Assembly (NCBI GenBank): GCA_965248755.1
Contig: OZ252149.1
Location: forward strand, 608,001 to 672,000
Reading direction: 5' to 3'
Source: Candidatus Latescibacterota bacterium
Lineage (GTDB): Bacteria > Latescibacterota > CBDEFO01
DNA: 64,000 nt
Below, piece after piece: positions 12,262 to 20,454 of the stretch. The notes under the pieces were generated by a model. It made no database searches and was not told where the DNA came from. It saw nothing but the letters and a program-made list of their open reading frames with translations. The position numbers and the translations under genes are program-made. Positions within the stretch are counted from its first letter, which is position 1, and each line of letters opens with the position of its first letter.

Positions 12262-12738
12262 ATGGTTGAGGTAAAGATAGCCACTCTTCTTATCGATCAG
12301 ACAGGACACATTGTTTTGTTGAAGGAGTTGAGCGGGGATCGAGTCCTTCCTATATGGATAGGTGAGGCGGAGGCAAGGGCTATAGCTGGGGAGGTCCAGG
12401 ATCAGAAGTACAAGCGTCCCTTATCTCACGACCTGCTGGAGATGCTCCTTGACACTTTAGAGGCAAAGGTAATTAAGGTGGAAGTGTCCAATCTTGTAGA
12501 CAGTACCTACTACGCTCAACTCTATCTTCAAAGGGAAAATAGGATTGTAAAGGTGGATGCCCGTCCAAGCGATTCCATAATTATGGCTTTAAAAACTCAC
12601 GCTCCAATATTTGTTGCCGGGGAGCTTCTAGAACGAGTTGAGGGTATCCAGATAGAAGATATAGAGGAAAGTGGAGAAAGTCTGAAGGACAGAGTACAGA
12701 GGATTAATCCTGAAGATTTTGGGAATTTTAAGCTGTGA
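12262..12738 (+). CDS. Bifunctional nuclease (BFN/DUF151) family protein
   Basis: VLPIWIGEAEARAIA, RPLSHDLL, VDARPSDSI; ATG 12262 (the longer ORF call extends into the IS). Confidence 0.9.
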   Translation: MVEVKIATLLIDQTGHIVLLKELSGDRVLPIWIGEAEARAIAGEVQDQKYKRPLSHDLLEMLLDTLEAKVIKVEVSNLVDSTYYAQLYLQRENRIVKVDARPSDSIIMALKTHAPIFVAGELLERVEGIQIEDIEESGESLKDRVQRINPEDFGNFKL

Positions 12739-14597
12739 TGCCAGTCAGAGAATATAGAATATTTCTGCTATTTGCAGTGGTTCTCTATTTTGCCACAGAG
12801 GCTTTCGGAGAATCGGAAGATAAAGAGACGCGCCTTTTCGATCAAGAGGCTGAGGACGTCTTCCAAAGAGGAATAGAAAGGTATGTGAAGGGACACTTTC
12901 AAAGAGCGCGGCTCGAATTTCAGGAGGTATTAGAGAAATTCCCCATCAATCAGAAGTCATCCGCAGCAAAGTTGATGTTAGCCAAGACGGTCTACAAGCT
13001 GAGCGACTACGAACTGGCGATCTCTGTCGCCGAGGAATTGAAAAGTGAGTTCCCGTCGAGCAGGTACCTCTGGGACGCCGATTATGCGGCAGGCGATTCT
13101 TATTTTCGTCAGGGAAGGTTCGTCGAGGCTGTGTTCAAATACGCGCTTGTCCTGGTGGGGACACAGGAGACAGACTTAAAGTTGAAAGCAGCTGAGCGTC
13201 TGTCGGTCGTGGCATTGACAAATCTGTCCAAATCCGAAATCGAGGACATAAAAGAGAAGTTCGATCCAGGAGTTGTGGAGGAAGGACTTCTTTTAGGCGA
13301 AGCAAGATGGATTTTCAGGTGGGGCTATTCTCATCTGGCGGCTGAGAAGGTGGACAGCTACATTAGGAACTTCCCAGACGGTCTATTCTTGAATGAGGCG
13401 ATAGCTTTAAGGGAGGAGATAGAGGTGGGAGTGCAAGTAAGCTATCGTACAAGCTGGTCATCGGATAAGATAGGTGTCATCTGTCCACTTTCCGGCGAGG
13501 GAAGAATCTACGGCGAGGATCTAAGAGACGGGGCAAAGTTAGCCTTGGAACACTCCTCGCTTTCCCGTAGGGGGGCAATCGAATTAATAGTTGAAAATTC
13601 AAGAAGCGATCCGATAACTGCGGTGAAGGTGGTCCAGAAGTTGATAGAAAAGGACAGAGTCCTTGCTATAGTCGGACCTCTTTACAGTTCTACGACTATA
13701 GGGGCAGCAGCGGTGGCAAACTCCGAATCGGTTCCACTGATCGCTCCTACCGCTTCAGAGGGCCCGATAGCCTCAATTGGACCTTACGTGTTTCAGATCA
13801 ACTCAACTCCAGAGGTTCAAGGAAAGAGGATGGCCGAATACGCTGTGGGGACACTGAACCTGGAGACGTTTGCCCTAATCGCCTCTATGGATATGTACGG
13901 ACAGGAGATGTCCAGAAGTTTCAGATCGAGGGTGGAGGAATTGGGGGGAAGAGTCCTGCAGGAGGAGAGATATTTTCCGGGCACAAAGGATTTCAAAGAG
14001 CAATTACAGAGGATAAGGAACGCTGGGCTCTTGCTCCAGGATATACTATTGGCAGCGGATACCTCAAGGGTGGACACTACCGCTTTTGAGGAGGACCTCC
14101 CCGAGGAAGAGGAATTACAGCCTGTGGGGACTATTGACGGCGTTCTGATAGCGGGCGCTTCTGATGATGTGATATTGATAGCCCCTCAGATAGCTTTGAA
14201 GAGGATCGAGACCCAACTTTTGGGAGGAAGCCAGTGGAATTCTCAGAACATAATCAGAATGAGCGGGAGCTACGTGGAGGGAGCCCTATTCGTATCCGGG
14301 TATTTTGAAGATTTAGGATCACCGGCGATCAATCGGTTTATAAGTTCGTTCAGACGTAAATTTGGAAGGTCGCCCTCAACGGCAGCCGCTTTCGGCTACG
14401 ACGCTATGTCGCTGGTGCTGAGAGAACTAAGTATAGGTCACAGGACCAGGGAAAATTTGAAGAATACTCTTCAAAAGGTAAGGGACTTTGAGGGGGTTTC
14501 AGGGAGGATCTCATTCGGAAGCCAGAGCCATCAGAACGAGAACGTCTATCTTTTGAAGATAGATAAAAAGAGGATAGTTTCGCTCGGAAAACTCTGA
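12735..14597 (+). CDS. TPR + periplasmic-binding (LppC/LpoA-like) exported protein
   Basis: Signal peptide, TPRs, then KIGVICPLSG, AIVGPLYS, AAFGYDA, FEGVSGRISF type-I PBP motifs. Confidence 0.8.
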   Translation: MMPVREYRIFLLFAVVLYFATEAFGESEDKETRLFDQEAEDVFQRGIERYVKGHFQRARLEFQEVLEKFPINQKSSAAKLMLAKTVYKLSDYELAISVAEELKSEFPSSRYLWDADYAAGDSYFRQGRFVEAVFKYALVLVGTQETDLKLKAAERLSVVALTNLSKSEIEDIKEKFDPGVVEEGLLLGEARWIFRWGYSHLAAEKVDSYIRNFPDGLFLNEAIALREEIEVGVQVSYRTSWSSDKIGVICPLSGEGRIYGEDLRDGAKLALEHSSLSRRGAIELIVENSRSDPITAVKVVQKLIEKDRVLAIVGPLYSSTTIGAAAVANSESVPLIAPTASEGPIASIGPYVFQINSTPEVQGKRMAEYAVGTLNLETFALIASMDMYGQEMSRSFRSRVEELGGRVLQEERYFPGTKDFKEQLQRIRNAGLLLQDILLAADTSRVDTTAFEEDLPEEEELQPVGTIDGVLIAGASDDVILIAPQIALKRIETQLLGGSQWNSQNIIRMSGSYVEGALFVSGYFEDLGSPAINRFISSFRRKFGRSPSTAAAFGYDAMSLVLRELSIGHRTRENLKNTLQKVRDFEGVSGRISFGSQSHQNENVYLLKIDKKRIVSLGKL

Positions 14598-14729
14598 TTG
14601 ATATTGCTTACTTTTGGTCATTGCAAGAGAGATGAAATCCCCCGACGCAATTTCAACGGCGATTTTGAAAATCGTCGTTGTGTATGGCGGAAGGTATCAA
14701 GATCTATTTGTAGGAGAAGGAATTAAGCC

Positions 14730-15491
14730 GTGAGACTTCAAGATAAAGTTGCGATTGTTACTGGGGGAGCGTCGGGGATAGGTCGGGGGACAGCCCTCTT
14801 GATGGCAGGGGAGGGAGCAAAGGTCATAGTTGCAGACGTGGATGAGGAGGGCGCAAGAGAGACGGTTTCTATGATTGAATCGAAAGAGGGAAAGGGCGTC
14901 TCCTGTTACGCCGATGTGGGGACTGCAAAGGGAGTTGAAGAGATGATAGGAGTGGCTGTGGATAGTTACGGGAAGATAGACGTTTTGCACAACAACGCCT
15001 ACTGGCATTCCGGAGGGACGGCGATGACTATCTCTGAGGAGGATTGGGATCATACGCTGGACGTCTGTCTCAAGGCTGTATACATGGGATGTAAGCTTGC
15101 AATCCCCCAGATGCTGAAGACGGGTGGAGGAGCTGTCGTTAACACGGCATCTATTCACAGTCTTGTCTCCTTTCATAAGTATGCTGCGTACGATGCCGCA
15201 AAAGCCGGTGTCATAGGACTTACACGCTCTTTGGCACTGGATTTTGGACCCCAGATCCGGGCGAACGCAGTGCTCCCGGGGGCTATTCTGACTGCTGCCT
15301 GGAGTGGGATTGATCAAGAAGAGATGGACCACTGGGCCCGGATGACCCCAATGAAGCGTATGGGGCAGCCTGAGGATATAGCTAAGGCTGTGATATTCTT
15401 AGCTTCTGATGACGCCTCGTTTATTACGGGGACAAGTCTGGTAGTTGACGGTGGATGGACTATTGTGGGTCATCCCAGGACAGATGAATAA
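14730..15491 (+). CDS. Short-chain dehydrogenase/reductase
   Basis: TGGASGIG, NNA, YDAAK (YxxxK), ITGTSLVVDGG. Confidence 0.95.
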   Translation: MRLQDKVAIVTGGASGIGRGTALLMAGEGAKVIVADVDEEGARETVSMIESKEGKGVSCYADVGTAKGVEEMIGVAVDSYGKIDVLHNNAYWHSGGTAMTISEEDWDHTLDVCLKAVYMGCKLAIPQMLKTGGGAVVNTASIHSLVSFHKYAAYDAAKAGVIGLTRSLALDFGPQIRANAVLPGAILTAAWSGIDQEEMDHWARMTPMKRMGQPEDIAKAVIFLASDDASFITGTSLVVDGGWTIVGHPRTDE

Positions 15492-15551
15492 CGCGTTTTA
15501 GATCAAGTGACCGAACTGGATAAAGGGCCGGATAGTTCAGAGTTTCTGATT

Positions 15552-15584
15552 GAGGGGTTTCTTAACTGAACCCCTCTCCTTTTT
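15552..15584 (+). terminator. Putative intrinsic terminator after the SDR
   Basis: gaggggtt...aacccctc stem followed by tcctttt. Confidence 0.55.
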
Positions 15585-15783
15585 ATCGCTTTACATTGAC
15601 AGCCAACCTAAACTATGCTAATTTTAGGATATGTGAAGTGCCTCCCAAAAGAGTAGACAACACCTCTGGGGAAGAGTCGGGATGCTGTCTAGCCACGATT
15701 GAACCCCTGATCCCCGATTGAGTCTATCGGGGATTCATATTGTGGGTTGGGGGATAGTATTTACTTATTTAGGGACATTAAGA

Positions 15784-16872
15784 ATGCAGATCAAGATAGA
15801 TAGACATAAACTGATTATGGGCATCGGGAGCAATGCGGTGGACGTAATCTACAGGGTGCGCAGGATCGCGGGCAAAGATGAAAAGACGTATATCCTCCCT
15901 AACAATGAAGGGAATATGGTAAAGGAGGTCGCAGGGGGAGTTGTACTGAATCATCTTGCATGGGCCAGGCTCTTGGGCGTCCGTACGGGTCTCTTTGGAT
16001 TTCAGGGGGACGATAGATTCGGAAAGTTCATAAGGGGTACTATGGACGTTCATGGGATCGAAAGGAGTTACGTCAAGGTTAAGGAGGGAAAATCGTCCAC
16101 TTTTGCGATCATAAACGTGGATACCCATGCGGAAAGGGCCATATACATGGCGTCGGCTCTGACGGGGACCACGACATCTGAGGACATAAAAAGGGAGTTC
16201 TCGGAGTGCATTTCGAACGCCGGGATGGTGACAACTGAGATCTCACAGCTCCCGTTAGATGCTGTTGTAGCTGTGCTGAGTATAGCCAAGGAAAGTGATG
16301 TTCCGACGGTTTTAGATGTGGACGTTCCCCCGAGTTTCGCTGTGGATTTGGCTGGCTTGGGAAGTAGAAAGGAGTTTGAAAAAGCTCTTTCTCTGGCTGA
16401 TCTTATCAAGCCTGCCAAGGCCGTTGCGGACCAGATAGTAGGGGGCGATACATCTGAGGATAAGGCGAGGGACATATTCCAGAAGTACAGCCCCAGGTTA
16501 GTAGCTGTTACGGACGGCGCAGAAGGGAGCGTTCTCTATGATGGGGGCTCTATCGTGAGGGTAAAGTCCAACAGTGTAGTTGCGAGAGATACGACAGGAG
16601 CAGGAGACGCTTTCCTGGGGGGCGTGATTGCCGGGATATATTATGGCTTGTCTTTAGAGGATATAGGAAAGCTTGCAAATGCGTGCGGGGCTGCGTGCTG
16701 TACTGTGGCTGGCGCGTTTCCCGTTATGGACAGTAGTCTGGAGTATGTAGGATCTCTCTACGATAGAGGGAGAGTAGATGCCCTTGAAGGTATATTGATA
16801 GGCCAGAGTGAAGGAGCGAACGATTGCACTTCCGTAGGCATAGAAACTGTGAGGAACCAGATAGATCATTAG
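15784..16872 (+). CDS. PfkB-family carbohydrate kinase (probably the N-terminal part of a former PfkB-SIS fusion)
   Basis: GDDRFG, VTDGAEG, DTTGAGDAFLGG signature. Confidence 0.88.
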   Translation: MQIKIDRHKLIMGIGSNAVDVIYRVRRIAGKDEKTYILPNNEGNMVKEVAGGVVLNHLAWARLLGVRTGLFGFQGDDRFGKFIRGTMDVHGIERSYVKVKEGKSSTFAIINVDTHAERAIYMASALTGTTTSEDIKREFSECISNAGMVTTEISQLPLDAVVAVLSIAKESDVPTVLDVDVPPSFAVDLAGLGSRKEFEKALSLADLIKPAKAVADQIVGGDTSEDKARDIFQKYSPRLVAVTDGAEGSVLYDGGSIVRVKSNSVVARDTTGAGDAFLGGVIAGIYYGLSLEDIGKLANACGAACCTVAGAFPVMDSSLEYVGSLYDRGRVDALEGILIGQSEGANDCTSVGIETVRNQIDH

Positions 16873-17437
16873 GGGCTCTCTATTTAGGGATGGGGGGGAT
16901 TATAATCGCGAAGCTATGGGGTTGATAAGAAACGTTCAGAGTAAGGGAGGCCGTATTTACGTGACGGTTTTGTGTAAACCGAGACTTTTAGCCGAGAAGA
17001 TCGCCCCTGCGTTGCAGAGTGTGGGAACTCCCGCCTATTTTCTCGACCCCGTTGACGTAAATCACGGTGAGAGCGATTAACTCAACGAAGGGGATGTGGT
17101 TATAGCTATCTTTCAGGGTGATGCCAAAAGGGAACTGTTGGATGGCATCAGGACGATCAAGCATAAATGAGCTTATGATATAGGGATTACGTTGTAGGGA
17201 TTACTTAAGGAATACAAATCTGAGCTTGCGAAGTTGAGCAATGTCCTTCTGCCTGTCCCAGCGCAGAAAGAGGCGATATCTTTTGAGTTGACACCTACTC
17301 CAAGCACAACGTGCCAACTCGTCCTTGAAGATTGCCTTGCAATGTCTTTAAATGACGCCAAGGAATTCACAAAGCAGGATTTCCACAAGTGCTATCCAGG
17401 TGGAAGTCTGGGAAAGATTCTGGACGACAGTGCGTGA
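16873..17437 (+). pseudogene. Degraded KpsF/GutQ-like SIS sugar-phosphate isomerase domain
   Basis: One frame reads GGRIYVTVLCKPRLLAEKIAPALQSVGTPAYFLDPVDVNHGESD*LNEGDVVIAI...HK*...TL*...SELAKLS...LTPTPSTT..DCLAMSL...FTKQDFHKCYPGGSLGK, with 3 internal stops. Confidence 0.8.
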
Positions 17438-17464
17438 TTATTGTGAATTAAATTCGATAAACTT

Positions 17465-17991
17465 TTGGGAGGAAAATTGGCTAAGTTAATCGCTTTTGAT
17501 CTGGACGATACTGCTTTAGCAGTGGACAGGGGATTCTCCGAAGATGGAATAAAAGTTTTAGAGGAAGCTCTCCAAAGAGGTATTCTAATAGCTTCTGTGA
17601 GCGGGAGAAATGTGGACAGGAGCAGCAGTCCTTTCAACGATAAGCTTCAATTGTTTGAGAGAATATATATTGTTTCCTACAACGGGGCTGTCGTCCTGGA
17701 ACCTGTGGATAGGAACGCAAGGGAGTTGATTTATGTGCAGAGGATGACGGAAGATAAGATGCTCGATCTTACAGATTATGTCCGGGACAATGGCTATGAT
17801 CTTGTCTATTATCAGTTTGAGATGGACGGAAACGGCCGGATGGATGAAAAACTTATAGTCCTTCGTCCTTCCCCATCTACGAGAATACTCGAGACCCAGA
17901 CAGGGGCAACGTACGAGTTTGATGAGGGTCTTACAGATAGGATAATGAATAAAAAACTAGGGCCTCCTCCCAAAATGATGGTGCTTCCGGG
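17465..17991 (+). pseudogene. Cof-type HAD hydrolase, 3'-truncated at the unit's right end
   Basis: LIAFDLDDT, SVSGR, YNGA; the C-terminal GDxxND motif is missing. Confidence 0.82.
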
Positions 17992-17996
17992 TTTGA

Positions 17997-18381
17997 GCCT
18001 GTAGGTGAGACTATTAGTGGAATTGATATAGTCTCCGCTCAATTTAACGAAGGTCTCTTCAGTGTGGTTATATCCCAATTTGAAGGCATTTCCAAAGCCC
18101 CGGACAGCTTTTCATTGCATCAGAACTATCCGAATCCGTTCAACCCTGAGACTGTTATCCATTACGATCTTCCTATTCATAGCCACGTTGATATATCTGT
18201 CTATAATATAGCGGGGCAAAAGATTGCAACATTGGTAGACAAGGAGATGGACTTAGGCAGTCACTCCATAATCTGGGATGGAAAAAATAATAAAGGAGAA
18301 GGTCTTGCCAGCGGAGTGTATTTCTATCGGATGGAGACGGACAGATTTGTGCAGACAAGAAAGCTGATCTTGATGCGATAA
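17997..18381 (+). pseudogene. 3' part of the split cohesin/dockerin gene (end of cohesin + T9SS/FlgD-type CTD)
   Basis: (F)EPVGETISGIDIVSAQFNEG...FSLHQNYPNPFNPET...WDGKN..LASGVYFYRM..TRKLILMR*; no convincing start of its own. Confidence 0.88.
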
Positions 18382-18427
18382 GCTGTTTAGTCCTGTTTCG
18401 CAAAAGTCCACGGAATCTCGAACACCA

Positions 18428-18455
18428 AGCCCGTCAGCAATGGCGGGCTATTTCT
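18428..18455 (+). terminator. Intrinsic terminator
   Basis: agcccgtca-gcaa-tggcgggct hairpin followed by atttctt. Confidence 0.7.
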
Positions 18456-18640
18456 TGCTTCATTTATAAGACTACCCCTGTAAAAAGAGTATTTTAATTG
18501 ACAGTAAAGCGCAGGTGTTGTAAACTCATGTTTGATCTGCTAATATTTTATGAAACTATTCCTACACCCAGACATCTTTTGAACAGTGAACGATCTATCC
18601 AAAAAGCAGGGGCGAGGTCGGGGCGTCCCACTATAACTCT

Positions 18641-20170
18641 ATGCACAAATTAGCCTATTTAGTGATTGCGATCTCTACGATAGCCCAAGTTGCATCGGCA
18701 GACGAGGGACACGGAGATGGCGTCGGATCTGAATTTAGAGTTGGAAATATCAGCATACAAGGCGCAAAGGGCCTGTCCGAAGATCAAGCGCTAAAACTAC
18801 TGGGGATAGATCAGGGCGATCCCCTTTCGACCGAAGCCTTAAATGCTGGCATAGAGCGACTCCTCAGTTTCTACGATCAAAATGGAAAGCCGTTCTGTCA
18901 GATCAGCACAGGGGATTTCTCATTAAGGGATAAAGAGTGGATAGACTTTTCCGTCCGAATCGACGAAGGTCCCGAAGTCAGGATAGATCGAATAGAGATA
19001 TTCGGAAATAAGACAACCCAGGTGCAAGTTATACACAGAGAACTCAAAGTTGAAGAGGGAGATCTATATGATCAAAGGCAGATACAGGCATCCCACAGAA
19101 GACTTAAGAAACTGGGTTTCTTTGAGAGGGTCTATCCCCCCGAAATATCCTACGACAACGACTCTGAACAGATGGTGCTTTCGGTGGTAGTGGAGGAGGG
19201 GAAGACCAGCCGCATAGATGGCGCTGTTGGCTACATCCCCAGGACCGTATTCCAGAACGGCTACCTGACGGGGCACTTCGACCTGTCATTTGTCAATCTG
19301 GTCGGCACCGCAAGAGTGGCAAAGGCAAAGTGGGCAAGACTCGATCCAAAATCCTCCGATTTGCGCTTAAAATACCAAGAGCCCTGGATTTTCGGAATTC
19401 CCCTCACATCCGCAGGGGATTTCAAACAGACTGAAAGGCCCGGATATGTGCAGACTGTCTTGAAGATGTCTTTTAAGACTCCTATTTTAGACGACCTCTA
19501 TGGAGAACTTACAGCAGGATGGGAAAAGGTCGTGCCTGATTCTCTTGGAGGCTTTGGTATGGCAAGAACCAGGACCTGGACTGGGGCTTTTGCGCTCGGT
19601 TACGATACGCAAGACGACAGGAGCAATCCAAAAAGCGGCGGACTTTATCGGCTCTCTTTTCGCGCTGGAACGAGGCGGAACTTCACCACTACTAATTTTA
19701 CTCCCGACAAGGACAAGACTTCACTTGCCAACTTCAGAGTCGATCTAAGCCAGTTTCTGAGTACTTCATCAAGGCACGTAATCGCGCTCAGCCTGCACGC
19801 CTGGGGGATAAAAAGCAACGAACGCTTGGTTCCCCTGAGCGATAAGATCCGTCTAGGAGGTGCAAATACAATAAGAGGTTACAGGGAAGAACAGTTTACG
19901 GGTGTTCGGGCTATCTGGACAAATTTGGAGTATCGCTATTTACTATCTCCAAAATCCAGGGCCTTCGCCTTCGTGGATGCAGGCGCATACCTCGATAAGA
20001 AGAGGGATTCAAAGGGAAAGATAGAAACTGTAGATGAACGACCTATCGGATATGGAGCCGGAATACGAATACGTTCCAGGGCCGGAATATTAGGCATTGA
20101 TTACGGCCTGGGGAAAAAGGATAAAATAGATGAAGGCAAATTGCATTTCAGTCTGGCAAACGAGTTTTAA
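18641..20170 (+). CDS. Omp85 (BamA/TamA-like) outer membrane protein with POTRA domains
   Basis: IFGNKTT..VIHREL POTRA, LGGANTIRGY motif, terminal Phe. Confidence 0.9.
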   Translation: MHKLAYLVIAISTIAQVASADEGHGDGVGSEFRVGNISIQGAKGLSEDQALKLLGIDQGDPLSTEALNAGIERLLSFYDQNGKPFCQISTGDFSLRDKEWIDFSVRIDEGPEVRIDRIEIFGNKTTQVQVIHRELKVEEGDLYDQRQIQASHRRLKKLGFFERVYPPEISYDNDSEQMVLSVVVEEGKTSRIDGAVGYIPRTVFQNGYLTGHFDLSFVNLVGTARVAKAKWARLDPKSSDLRLKYQEPWIFGIPLTSAGDFKQTERPGYVQTVLKMSFKTPILDDLYGELTAGWEKVVPDSLGGFGMARTRTWTGAFALGYDTQDDRSNPKSGGLYRLSFRAGTRRNFTTTNFTPDKDKTSLANFRVDLSQFLSTSSRHVIALSLHAWGIKSNERLVPLSDKIRLGGANTIRGYREEQFTGVRAIWTNLEYRYLLSPKSRAFAFVDAGAYLDKKRDSKGKIETVDERPIGYGAGIRIRSRAGILGIDYGLGKKDKIDEGKLHFSLANEF

Positions 20171-20328
20171 CAGAACCAAGACAGGTCAGATGTGACCCCT
20201 CAAGAAGTGACAGAATCGTCCCCTCCTTACATTATAACAGACGACTTAGAAATAGACAACATACAACATGCATGCGTGCGGTGATGATGTTTTTTGTGAT
20301 TTTAAAAGAACAAAAAAGCAAATTCAGT

Positions 20329-20373
20329 CCGCAAAGCCGTAATCCGCGAAGCCGCAATCCGCGAAGCCGTAAT
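20329..20373 (+). repeat. 15-bp tandem repeat x3
   Basis: ccgcaaagccgtaat / ccgcgaagccgcaat / ccgcgaagccgtaat. Confidence 0.85.
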
Positions 20374-20454
20374 AGGAAGATAGCAAATCCTGCGGCTTGA
20401 CTGATCTTTGGCTTTGCCCTATATTTATCTGCAATAGCAGTTCGAGCCTGTCAA

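Larger units (their letters stand above)
10632..17991 (+). mobile_element. IS1380-driven transposition unit (IS + captured cargo, 7,360 bp)
   Basis: TTTGA direct repeats at 10627-10631 and 17992-17996; degenerate secondary right end at 17978-17991; the interrupted host gene rejoins in frame. Confidence 0.85.

Noticed and set aside
16873..17200. Selenocysteine/pyrrolysine recoding or alternative genetic code in the SIS region
   Set aside because: TAA, TGA and TAG all occur along with a frameshift and degenerate motifs; all other genes use the standard code.
18064..18381. Stand-alone 105-aa CTD protein
   Set aside because: It is the 3' end of the gene interrupted at 10631.
20329..20373. CRISPR array
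   Set aside because: Repeats are 15 bp with no spacers, and no cas genes are present; no CRISPR array was seen anywhere in the window.
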